From Myxococcota bacterium (GTDB lineage: Bacteria > Myxococcota_A > SURF-8), in assembly GCA_965140415.1 (NCBI GenBank), contig OZ223209.1, positions 544,001 through 608,000 on the forward strand: 64,000 nucleotides of DNA, given 5' to 3'. Positions within the stretch are counted from its first letter, which is position 1. Each line of letters starts with the position of its first letter. Positions 9,742 through 18,505 of the stretch are shown piece by piece. A program made the position numbers and the translations under genes. A model generated the notes under the pieces. That model was not told the origin of the DNA and did no database searches. It saw only the letters and a program-made list of their open reading frames with translations.

Positions 9742-10171
9742 GGCTCAATCCTTCGATAGACAGGGTTTCGATGGGCGTCGGTTCTTCCAGATCCATAAGC
9801 TGTGACAGGCCCGCGTGAACGACCTTCAACACCGCAGCCTGTGCGGAAAGCGATTTCATGGTTTCGGTATGCAGGGGGGTATCCGGTGTGGATTCTTGCA
9901 GACCCTCCACCACGCGCCACCAAAGGCTGAGCAAGGTATGGCGCGCTTCTTCCGACTCGGGCAGAGCGAGGTTCGATTCCCGTTTCAAGAAACCGATTCG
10001 CTTGGGCCAATGTTGGCTGTGCTGTAAAAGCATCTGTTCATCCAGGCCGTAATAGCGGGCGAAGTCGCGCTTTCTCTGGAAGTGAGAGTTGTTCCAAAGA
10101 ACTCGCAATTGTGTTTCGGTCAGTTGTTGGTTGCCTATGAGAAAGGTCTTTTGATCGGTTGCGTCGTTCAT
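9728..10171 (-). CDS. Terminase small subunit-like protein
   Basis: Start at ATG 10171 with GAGGTG RBS; HTH-like segment KRDFARYYGLDEQML; overlaps terL start. Confidence 0.55.
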   Translation of the reverse strand: MNDATDQKTFLIGNQQLTETQLRVLWNNSHFQRKRDFARYYGLDEQMLLQHSQHWPKRIGFLKRESNLALPESEEARHTLLSLWWRVVEGLQESTPDTPLHTETMKSLSAQAAVLKVVHAGLSQLMDLEEPTPIETLSIEGLSLDDF

Positions 10172-10180
10172 GAGCACCTC

Positions 10181-10211
10181 AAAAAGAAACGGCCAGGACG
10201 AATCCTGGCCG
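10181..10211 (-). terminator. Intrinsic terminator immediately upstream of first structural gene
   Basis: Minus strand CGGCCAGGA-TTCG-TCCTGGCCG-TTTCTTTTT, abutting the RBS of the terS-like gene. Confidence 0.8.
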
Positions 10212-10387
10212 GGATTGGATACAGCTTGGCTTGGCTCTAATAGAACCACATTCTTCCGCCGAAAGAAAGACTCGTTTGGCAGTCTAGCGTTCTACGCGGG
10301 AGCGTCAGGCAGCGCGAAGCAGCATGAGAGTGCATTATCACGTAGGTGCAATCCAGTGGACCTTATTGTTGGAGCATGGCTCCAGCC

Positions 10388-11693
10388 CACAGCTGTCCCG
10401 CTAACTTCCAGGTTCAGCGCTACAACTACTTATTATTACAGATTGAATTTGTGATTATCAGGTGTCCGCGATAGTTTTTCTGCATTTCGAATAGTCAAGA
10501 AATGCAGGAGATCAAAATGACACAGACTGTCTTTTCGCAAGTGCTCGACTATTTGCCGGATCGCCATTTCCGCCGTTGTGTCAATCGCTATCAGGGGAAC
10601 AAGCGCATTCGTACCTTTTCCTGTATGGATCAATTCATTTGCATGGCATTTGCCCAGCTGGCCTACCGCGAAAGCCTGCGCGATATTGAAGCGACCTTGC
10701 GGGCTATTCAGCTGAAACTTTATCACATGGGTCTGCGTGGAAAAGTCTCTCGCAACACACTGGCCAGAGCGAATGAAAAACGCGACTGGCGCATTTACGC
10801 AGATCTCGCTCAGCCCCTGATACGGCGCGCCCGCGCGCTGTATGCGGACGAGAAGCTCGCCGTCGACCTAGACGCCACCACCTACGCGCTCGACACGACA
10901 GCGATTGATTTGAGTTTGTCGCTTTTTCCATGGGCCAAATTCACGCGATACAATGGATCATTGCGTCTTCACACGCAAATGGACCTTCGCGGACGGATTC
11001 CCGCCTTTATTTCCATTACGGACGGCAAGAGCCATGACAAGCGTTTACTGGATATTCTGCCTTTGGAAGCGGGCGCATTTTATATCATGGATCGCGGTTA
11101 TGTCGATTACGGACGCATGCATCGCATCCATCGGGCGGGAGCCTTCTTCATTCTTAGAGCCAGCAAGAACACCAGCACAAAGCGAATCTATTCACACCCC
11201 ATCGACAAGAGCTTGGGATTGCGCGCCGATCAGACCGTGAGCTTCGTGGACCGTGCTTCCATTCGACGCTATCCGGATCATGTGCGGCGAATCAACTACA
11301 TCGATCCAGAATCGAACACCCGATTTGTCTGGCTGACCAACAACTTTGATCTTTCTTCGGAAACGATTCCGGACTTGTACCGGCTGCGGTGGAGTATCGA
11401 AGTGTTTTTCAAATGGATCAAACAGAATCTGCGAATCAAGGCGTTTTACGGTCGCAGCGCCAATGCGGTAAAGACACAAGTGTGGATTTCGATTACGGTT
11501 TATCTGTTGGTTGCGATTCTGAAAAAGGATCTGAATCTCGAGCACAGTTTGATGACGATTCTACAGATTTTAAGCGTCACGCTTTTCGAGGAAAGCCCCA
11601 TTTTACAGGTGCTAAAGGCAAACGCCTCCCTGCCTACCAATATCCCTTTTGGTAAGCAGTTGGAATTATTCAATAGTTAACGGGACAGCTGTG
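10388..11693 (+). mobile_element. IS4-family insertion sequence (1306 bp)
   Basis: 19-bp terminal IRs CACAGCTGTCCCGCTAACT / AGTTAACGGGACAGCTGTG (1 mismatch); 10-bp target duplication GGCTCCAGCC at 10378-10387 and 11694-11703. Confidence 0.93.
10517..11680 (+). CDS. IS4-family DDE transposase
   Basis: LDTT, MDRGY and YRLRWSIEVFFKWIKQ (YREK signature) motifs; AGGAG RBS before ATG 10517; stop codon lies in right IR. Confidence 0.95.
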   Translation: MTQTVFSQVLDYLPDRHFRRCVNRYQGNKRIRTFSCMDQFICMAFAQLAYRESLRDIEATLRAIQLKLYHMGLRGKVSRNTLARANEKRDWRIYADLAQPLIRRARALYADEKLAVDLDATTYALDTTAIDLSLSLFPWAKFTRYNGSLRLHTQMDLRGRIPAFISITDGKSHDKRLLDILPLEAGAFYIMDRGYVDYGRMHRIHRAGAFFILRASKNTSTKRIYSHPIDKSLGLRADQTVSFVDRASIRRYPDHVRRINYIDPESNTRFVWLTNNFDLSSETIPDLYRLRWSIEVFFKWIKQNLRIKAFYGRSANAVKTQVWISITVYLLVAILKKDLNLEHSLMTILQILSVTLFEESPILQVLKANASLPTNIPFGKQLELFNS

Positions 11694-11794
11694 GGCTCCA
11701 GCCATGCTCCTCATGTTCATGCCGGATTCGTTATCAAAACAAACCGTTTTTTAACCGACTATCACCTTTTTCTTTTCTTCCGTCCTGGATAGGT

Positions 11795-11852
11795 GTCGGG
11801 TCAGGAGACCCGACCAAAACCTATGGAGCAGGGCAGGAGCCCATGCTCCAAC
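11795..11852. repeat. Composite REP-like repeat, copy 1
   Basis: Palindrome GTCGGGTC-AGGA-GACCCGAC (11795-11814) plus unit at 11825-11852 whose reverse complement matches 25755-25782 at 27/28 nt. Confidence 0.75.
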
Positions 11853-12099
11853 TAGGGAATATGTAATCCAGTCACGTAGCTTGGCAACGGTGTGGCCGAC
11901 AATTCATGATTTGCTTTGGGCGCACGTCTGCTTGGGTGAAATAAAAACAGATTCTTCTGCAAAAAGAAAGTAGCGAATCGGACTGCCTCGCCGCATGAGA
12001 GAGCGCCACGCAGCATGAAGGTGCAAGTCGCTTCGGAAAATCGCTGCGAACAGAATGTTACAGGCAGGTGTTGCGCTCTTTCACTACCACCGAGGATGA

Positions 12100-12954
12100 T
12101 TATTCCCCGTTGTCTTCATCCGTTTCCGGTTCGGCAGGTTGCTGGCCGTCGGCGATGGCTTGCAGTTGTTTGGCGCGTTGATAAGCCGCCGTGAAAGCGC
12201 GATGGAACACTTCTGGCGTTTCACTTGCTTTAAAAGAATTCAATGCTGCGGCGGTGGTGCCGCCTTTACTGGTGACGGAACGGCGCAGCTTCTGCGGTTC
12301 TTCGCCGGTTTCATGCCACAGATTCATCGCACCGCGAAAGGTCTGCTGCACCATGCGATGCGCCGCGCCGGAGGAAAAGCCCAGCATCACGGCGGACTTC
12401 ATCAGGTTTTCGGCGAAGTAGAAAATATAGGCTGGACCGGAACCGCTGATGGCGGTGGCGGCATCGATCAGGTCTTCTTCGTGCACTTGAATTTCGGTGC
12501 CGAAAGCCTGGAAAATCATTTTCACGATCATCTGGCTTTGATCCGAAACCTTCTCGCTGGCCATCCAGGCAGTCATGCCCTCGCCGATACGCGCGGGAAT
12601 GTTGGGCATCGCCCGCACCAGCAGATCGTGACCGGTGGCTTTGCCGATGGTCGTCAGGCCGACACCCGCCATAATCGACACCAGCACCTGGTCTTTTCGG
12701 AAATGACCTTTTAAAGTCGCCATCGCCGCAGGGGAATTCTGGGGTTTGACGCATAACAGCACGACATCAGCAAACTCCAGCAGCTTCTGGTTATCCATGG
12801 TGGTCTGGACTTCGTAGTCGCTCTCCATGGCGGTCAGGCGCGAAATGTCCAGATCGCTGATCATGATCTGATTGCGGGCGACAATCCGCTTTTTCAATAA
12901 CGACGACGTAATCACCTCGCCCATCGTACCTGCACCGATAATGCCGATCTTCAT
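12100..12954 (-). CDS. proC: Pyrroline-5-carboxylate reductase
   Basis: IGIIGAGTMG, CVKPQ, RAMPN, SGSGPAY, VTSKGGTT motifs. Confidence 0.97.
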   Translation of the reverse strand: MKIGIIGAGTMGEVITSSLLKKRIVARNQIMISDLDISRLTAMESDYEVQTTMDNQKLLEFADVVLLCVKPQNSPAAMATLKGHFRKDQVLVSIMAGVGLTTIGKATGHDLLVRAMPNIPARIGEGMTAWMASEKVSDQSQMIVKMIFQAFGTEIQVHEEDLIDAATAISGSGPAYIFYFAENLMKSAVMLGFSSGAAHRMVQQTFRGAMNLWHETGEEPQKLRRSVTSKGGTTAAALNSFKASETPEVFHRAFTAAYQRAKQLQAIADGQQPAEPETDEDNGE

Positions 12955-12989
12955 CTCTTCCCCTCTGTTCTTTCAAGAAAACACGTTGT

Positions 12990-13529
12990 TTATCGTAAAC
13001 GGGCTAGCAACTCTTCGGCCAGTTCCCGTAAATCGTCGTCATCTGCCATCATGGAAATGGAGTCCAGTTTTAAAATAAACTGCTGTTTGTGAGCCAGCGG
13101 TTGCTCGCGTTGGATGCGGTCGATCTGGCGCACGGCCAGTAACTGTACGTTTTCGTTCGGATGATCCAACACGCGCGCCAGCAGGTCGATATCATCCGGG
13201 AATTCGTCGTAACCAGCCAGGTATTCGTCTACGGACTTAGTCAGTTCGCTGGCACTGGTAGCGCGATGGATAGCTCCCAGCAGTTTCAGTTGGCCGGGGT
13301 CCGCATTGCTTTCGGCTTCCGGCATCATGTTTTTCAAATAGTCCGGAACGTCGCCGCCGGTAAACAACTTGTCCAGATCGCTTTTATAGTTCTGATACGC
13401 CGTGCTGTGCTGGCGTTTTTTTTCTCTTGGGGAATTGTCCTCGCGCGAGCGGTGCTGGCTGGAATCGCGACCGCGATCGATCTCGCGCCAGCTTTTCTTT
13501 TTGCGGTTGTCTTTGTCCCGATACGCCAT
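12990..13529 (-). CDS. Hypothetical protein (basic N-terminus, helical C-terminus)
   Basis: 179 aa ORF with AGGAG RBS, co-oriented in operon with acyP and proC. Confidence 0.75.
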   Translation of the reverse strand: MAYRDKDNRKKKSWREIDRGRDSSQHRSREDNSPREKKRQHSTAYQNYKSDLDKLFTGGDVPDYLKNMMPEAESNADPGQLKLLGAIHRATSASELTKSVDEYLAGYDEFPDDIDLLARVLDHPNENVQLLAVRQIDRIQREQPLAHKQQFILKLDSISMMADDDDLRELAEELLARLR

Positions 13530-13553
13530 TGTCTGCTCCTGCCGAAATTCACT

Positions 13554-13829
13554 TCAATATCGAATGCGAAACCCGCCGTACTCGCCGGTCGCAATCTGTT
13601 CCTGCTGTTCGATGTGGGTGACGCGCCCAGCCGGAGGCCCTTTGTAACACCATGACACGAAACGCTGTAGCGCAGCGTCTTCGCCTTCGGCCACTGCTTC
13701 CACTCGACCGTCGGCCAGGTTGCGCACCCAACCGCCGATGCCGCCGATGTCGTGGGCGGCCTGCTGCGCGTAAGCGCGATAGCAAACCCCCTGTACGCGA
13801 CCGGAAATCAATAAATGTAGCCGTTTCAT
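13554..13829 (-). CDS. acyP: Acylphosphatase
   Basis: ISGRVQGVCYR, GWVRNLADGRVE, GPP motifs; start at MKRLHL. Confidence 0.95.
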   Translation of the reverse strand: MKRLHLLISGRVQGVCYRAYAQQAAHDIGGIGGWVRNLADGRVEAVAEGEDAALQRFVSWCYKGPPAGRVTHIEQQEQIATGEYGGFRIRY

Positions 13830-13842
13830 GACCAGGCCCCGT

Positions 13843-14496
13843 TTACAGATCCAGATGCCCTGGAAGTTCATTCATCGCTTCCAGTATAACGTCCGGCTGC
13901 TGAAGAGCAAGCGCTTGTTTCTCGCCGATGCCAAACGTCACCGCCGCCGTGCGTACCCCGGCGTTATGACCGGCTTTGATATCCGAAATCGTATCGCCCA
14001 CCATCCAGGCCTGCTCGGCTGCAACCTTGAAATGTTGCAGTACGTGGTTAATGATAAAGGGGTCGGGCTTGGGTGGAAAATCGTCGGTGCCTTGAACAAG
14101 ACCGAACAGCGGAGCAATGTCCATCAGTTCCACCACGCGCTTGGCCATGTAGCTGCGCTTGGTCGTGGCGATCGCTAGCGGCACTTTCCCGGCCAGTTGT
14201 TGCAGGGTTTGTTTCACGCCATCGTATAAGCGGCTTTCGTCGGCACAGTGCTCGAAAAAGAAACTGCGATAGGCATCGCAGGCCGCCTCGGCGCGTTCGT
14301 CGTCGCCATCGCCGATCAGATCGAAAAAGATATCGAACAGAGGTCGCCCGATGTGACGCTCGGTTTCGCCGTTGCTCAGCGCGCAAACGCCCACCGAAAC
14401 GAGGCCGTGGTTGATGGCGCGCGCGATATCCCGCCGCGAATCAACCAGGGTGCCGTCCAGATCGAAGATAACCAGTTCAGTCTTTGCAGGTGCCAT
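13843..14496 (-). CDS. HAD-superfamily hydrolase (phosphoglycolate phosphatase-like)
   Basis: FDLDGTLVDS, KPDP, MVGDTISDIKAG motifs; start reassigned to ATG 14496. Confidence 0.9.
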   Translation of the reverse strand: MAPAKTELVIFDLDGTLVDSRRDIARAINHGLVSVGVCALSNGETERHIGRPLFDIFFDLIGDGDDERAEAACDAYRSFFFEHCADESRLYDGVKQTLQQLAGKVPLAIATTKRSYMAKRVVELMDIAPLFGLVQGTDDFPPKPDPFIINHVLQHFKVAAEQAWMVGDTISDIKAGHNAGVRTAAVTFGIGEKQALALQQPDVILEAMNELPGHLDL

Positions 14497-16456
14497 CGAT
14501 GTCGCATTCCGTGCAGCAGATGCCGCCGCTTCCCGGGAAGGCTTCGCAACAGATCGTGCCTTCGCAGCAGGGCGCGCCTTGCGGGTCCGCCGCAGCGCCG
14601 CAGGCGGCTTGTTCTTGCACGCAGGGAATGTCGCGACAGATGCCCTCTTCGCAGATGCGCCCCTCCGGGCAGGTGCCGGTGGGGTCCAGGGCGGAGCAGG
14701 TATAACAGATATTGGAGCATTGGTAGTCGGTGAGTTCCGAACAGCATTGCCAGCTCTCGCAGGGCGGGCATTCCGGTTCGTAGCAATAGCCGGTGTCCTG
14801 ATCGCAGATCCAGCGCTCATCGACGCAGCCTTCCGTGCGACAGTCCGGCGGTTCCACGCACACGCCGTTTTCGCAGGTGGCCGGCAGCGTGCAGGGAGGA
14901 TCGCAGGTGGTTGGTACACAGGAGCCGTCTACGCAGGTATTGCCGGATGTACAGGCCGGGATGCATAATTCCTCGCAGCGATGCGTGCTGGAATTGCAGT
15001 ATTCGTTTTCACCGCTGCAACTGGTGATTTCGCAGCCTTGATGACATTGGCCGTCCTGGCAGTAATGCCGCGAGGGGCAGTGGTCGTTGATCAGGCAGGT
15101 CACGCAGGTTCCGGCGTAGCAGATCTGACCGTCCGAACAGGGATTGCTGACGTCGTCGCAGCCTTGTGGCTGACAGATGCCCAGTCCCCAACTTTCGCTG
15201 TAAACACATGCCAGGCCTTCGCCGCAGGTGCTGCTTATCGCTTCCGGGTTGCAAACTTCCTGACAGGTGAAGCCGTAGCAGATCAGATCGGCACGACAGG
15301 GAGTCGCCTCGCCGCAGTAATCCTGGTTTTCCTGTCCATCCAATTCGGGCAGGCAGACCGAACCGCGTCCGCTGGCGGCATCGGTTAAAATAGCGCAGAC
15401 CGTGTCCGCAGTGCAATCCGCCTCGTAAGGATCGCAGAGCGTGCGACAATAGGAGGCGTGGCAGATATCGGTACTCAAGCATTGATCGTCGTATCCGCAG
15501 GGTTGACCGGTCGGAACGGCATAGCGGCATTCGTGAGTGCCGAAATCGCAGAGTTTGGTGCCGTCGCAGTCGGCATCTTTGAAGCAACCATCCGGAACGC
15601 AATAGTGTTCCACCAGCCCGCATCGACGCTCCGCGCTGCACTGCGCGTCCGTGCTACAGGTATCGCCGCGTTCGCAAAGCTGGTAGGCGTTGCAGAGTTT
15701 CTTGTCTTCACAATCCCAGTCGTTTTCGCACTCCGGTATGATTTCCACGCAAACGCCCTCTTCGCACAAATAACCGGCATCGCATTCTTCATGTTCGGTG
15801 CAGGGCGGCATGCAGCGGTTGCTGGAACGTTTGCACCACCAGTCTTCCCGGCAGTCTTCGTCGTTGCGGCAGTTGAATTCCTGGCAACTCGGCACTTCCT
15901 GACTGGATGTAATACATTCCTTATCGGGCGGGCAATCCTCATCTTTGCTGCAATAGTCACAGACATTGTCGATACAGACCTGGGGATCCGAGCAGTCATC
16001 GTCCGTATTGCAGCCGCCTTCGGGAGGCGGTTCCGTTTCGCAGAGATAGGTTTCGGTATCGCACAGTTCGCCTTCTTCGCAATCGCTGTCTTCACGGCAT
16101 TCCGGCGTTTCGCAGTTGCCATCGATAAGCACTTGATCTTCCCCGCATTCGGGAAGGGGATTGGTCGTTTGGGTGCAGGTAAGATTGCTGCTGCACACAT
16201 ATCCTTCTCCGCAATCGGCGTCGGTCGTGCAACGCAAAACGGCAGATACGCATTCTCCCAACAACAAATCGCAGAACGTTCCGCCCGGGCAATCCAGGTC
16301 TTTGCTACAGGTGGTCGTCTGGTCGTTGTCCAGATCGCCATCATTGCCCGGATTCGCCTCGTCCGAGCTGGAGGAACATCCGTGCATGGAGAGCAGCAGG
16401 ATCAACCACAAGGCAATAATGCCAAGTTTAACTGTAAGATATCGTTTCCGTTTCAT
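14477..16456 (-). CDS. Cys-rich lipoprotein with many C-x2-D-x-D-C repeats
   Basis: Signal peptide with MHGC lipobox-like site, GNDGD linker, repeated CxxDxDC-x5-C-x4/6-C modules. Confidence 0.85.
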   Translation of the reverse strand: MKRKRYLTVKLGIIALWLILLLSMHGCSSSSDEANPGNDGDLDNDQTTTCSKDLDCPGGTFCDLLLGECVSAVLRCTTDADCGEGYVCSSNLTCTQTTNPLPECGEDQVLIDGNCETPECREDSDCEEGELCDTETYLCETEPPPEGGCNTDDDCSDPQVCIDNVCDYCSKDEDCPPDKECITSSQEVPSCQEFNCRNDEDCREDWWCKRSSNRCMPPCTEHEECDAGYLCEEGVCVEIIPECENDWDCEDKKLCNAYQLCERGDTCSTDAQCSAERRCGLVEHYCVPDGCFKDADCDGTKLCDFGTHECRYAVPTGQPCGYDDQCLSTDICHASYCRTLCDPYEADCTADTVCAILTDAASGRGSVCLPELDGQENQDYCGEATPCRADLICYGFTCQEVCNPEAISSTCGEGLACVYSESWGLGICQPQGCDDVSNPCSDGQICYAGTCVTCLINDHCPSRHYCQDGQCHQGCEITSCSGENEYCNSSTHRCEELCIPACTSGNTCVDGSCVPTTCDPPCTLPATCENGVCVEPPDCRTEGCVDERWICDQDTGYCYEPECPPCESWQCCSELTDYQCSNICYTCSALDPTGTCPEGRICEEGICRDIPCVQEQAACGAAADPQGAPCCEGTICCEAFPGSGGICCTECDIDGTCKD

Positions 16457-16823
16457 GTACCCACTATCGCCTTTTCCGCAATCATCAATAAAAGGTCTCC
16501 CTGCTGGACCTCAAATCATCTTCCAATCTTACATTTTATATGGAGAACTGTCAATCACAACTGCCTGTGTAGGTTTCCAAAATGCTGGAAATTCTATGTG
16601 ATTTTAGCTAGGTATCGCCGTGCTTACTGAATATTTATGCGTTTGAAACTTACCTGAAGTTCCTTTGCCGACGCAGGCATGGATACCCATGATAGCGGTT
16701 GGTATGTGGTCAAACCTAGCGCAATGAAGTTTTTCTGTGTATGCAAGTTGGGTAATCAATTGTTTCGGATGAAGATTTAATCCGAAACTGGAACTATATG
16801 CTCATTGGGAAAAGCGGTTATCA

Positions 16824-18305
16824 TTATGGTATCGGTGTGTCGGCGTAGGGCAACGTGTCTGGGAGGATACTTACCCCGGTTGAGAACTTATATGGCAATT
16901 GCAACTCGGGATTGGGGAACTCCATCTCGATAACAAAAGCTGTCCATCCTTCTGGCGGTGCTTGTATATTGCTTCGATAAACTCCGTTTCCTTCACTTTC
17001 CAATGGGCTACTCTCGAAGGCTGAGCCGATTTCCTCCAAGCGGAAATCTCTCGCGTTTGGGTTAGTCGCTTGCCAAAGCGTAACCTTGCTCGGTTCACTC
17101 TCGCATTCGAGAACCAGATTGCCGTCGGACTCGATATGCCAGCTATATTCAGGTAGAGGTGTGTCATAGAGAATGGCATGATGAAACGATGCTAAGCCGA
17201 AGTAGGCATCCATATTCAAATTATGATCCGTGTTCGGGATATATCGTAGAAAATTTTCTCCAGGCAGGTCATTGTAATAGAATTTCCATGAATCCGGAGG
17301 GAAAAATTGATCCCCGGTTGAGTTAACGATGTATTTGGGCATGGTGTAGCGTTCCAAATAGCTGTAAGGATCAACAATCTCACACAGTGATTCAAATTCG
17401 GGCGTATCCAATTGCGAAAGTACACCCATATCCTCGTAATCGTGGGTGGCTGGTGCCCAGAACCCGTAAGATGAATAGTGATTATGCAAGGTTAAGCCCA
17501 CATTCAGCACGTCGATAACAGCCGGAACAATTGCGATTACACGTGTATCGACGGCAGCGGTTGTCCACGTCGTCCAACCGCGCTTAGACGCTCCCACGAT
17601 AACGAATTCCTCGATGTTTGGATATTCCCGCTGAACGATATCCATTGCCTTAACGGCTGCTTTGGTCATGGGAAGTCTGGGAAGCCAGGTCGGATCGGAC
17701 GTTGTTAAATACTTATCCCAGGCATAGGCGATAAGCTCATCTTCCGTACGTCCCTCTTCAATATATCTTTCATCGGATTCATCGGCGAATTTTAAGCGTT
17801 CGTTGGGAACCTGTCCTACCGACGCGATAATCGAATCGGTCATCGTTGCAACTAGCTTGATGGTATCATCCGGATCGGGGGCATCCCCATCACGATTGCT
17901 TCCACCATCGATAAGTAGCATAGCTCGCGTGGAATGCGCGTTCTTCGGCTCGAAAATCGTAAGCCAATGTTCCCATACGGTTCGATCAACCTCGCTTGCA
18001 TCGAGCCAGCTCTGGGAAAACATTTTAAATACGCTTGCTGTACCATCTCCGGATTCAACTAGTTTTTCCGGTTCCAATGAACAGGAAAAGCAATCGGTTG
18101 GGCTGGCAATATAGTCATCTAACGCAGTATGATAAGCTTGCTCCTCTGAATCAGAGTCTTGCTCATTTTCTGCAATTTCATTTTCTTCATCTCCATCCGT
18201 ATTTCCATTTGATGAATCGTCGGTGGATGAACAGGCTGGAATGCAAAAAACAAAAAAGACAATGATAATCAGCAAATAGGCCAAATGGTAGCGTATGCGT
18301 TTCAT
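16824..18305 (-). CDS. PhoPQ-activated pathogenicity-related (PqaA-like) alpha/beta hydrolase lipoprotein
   Basis: IPAC lipobox; GASKRGWTTW, VDPYSY, TGDQFF, PNTDH, WQATNPNARDFR motifs. Confidence 0.85.
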   Translation of the reverse strand: MKRIRYHLAYLLIIIVFFVFCIPACSSTDDSSNGNTDGDEENEIAENEQDSDSEEQAYHTALDDYIASPTDCFSCSLEPEKLVESGDGTASVFKMFSQSWLDASEVDRTVWEHWLTIFEPKNAHSTRAMLLIDGGSNRDGDAPDPDDTIKLVATMTDSIIASVGQVPNERLKFADESDERYIEEGRTEDELIAYAWDKYLTTSDPTWLPRLPMTKAAVKAMDIVQREYPNIEEFVIVGASKRGWTTWTTAAVDTRVIAIVPAVIDVLNVGLTLHNHYSSYGFWAPATHDYEDMGVLSQLDTPEFESLCEIVDPYSYLERYTMPKYIVNSTGDQFFPPDSWKFYYNDLPGENFLRYIPNTDHNLNMDAYFGLASFHHAILYDTPLPEYSWHIESDGNLVLECESEPSKVTLWQATNPNARDFRLEEIGSAFESSPLESEGNGVYRSNIQAPPEGWTAFVIEMEFPNPELQLPYKFSTGVSILPDTLPYADTPIP

Positions 18306-18445
18306 TACTCTCCCCTAAGAGTTGGAAAAATAAAGATTTGTTGACATTCTGCATTTTTAGAAAAGCATTTTTACTTCTATCATTCTTTCCTTATCAAATC
18401 AATTTAATATTCATTCAAAAGAACATTCACACCAAACAAACTGCC

Positions 18446-18479
18446 ATAAAAAGCAACTCCCCGCCTGAAGGCGGGGAGT
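18446..18479 (-). terminator. Intrinsic terminator
   Basis: ACTCCCCGCC-TTCA-GGCGGGGAGT followed by TGCTTTTT on minus strand, after stop at 18506. Confidence 0.75.
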
Positions 18480-18505
18480 GTAATGAATTCAATAAGTTGT
18501 CGATG

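Noticed and set aside
10212-10340. c-di-GMP or other known riboswitch in the operon leader
   Set aside because: Hairpins present but I could not match the conserved motifs of any known family by eye; needs Infernal
10388-11693. IS-mediated deletion of phage early genes
   Set aside because: Target duplication and both halves of the target hairpin are intact
15458-16630. Long antisense ORFs (also 19307-20605, 40403-41767, 41876-43165, 50147-51523, 59082-60806)
   Set aside because: Shadow frames of strongly biased genes on the opposite strand; no motifs or RBS
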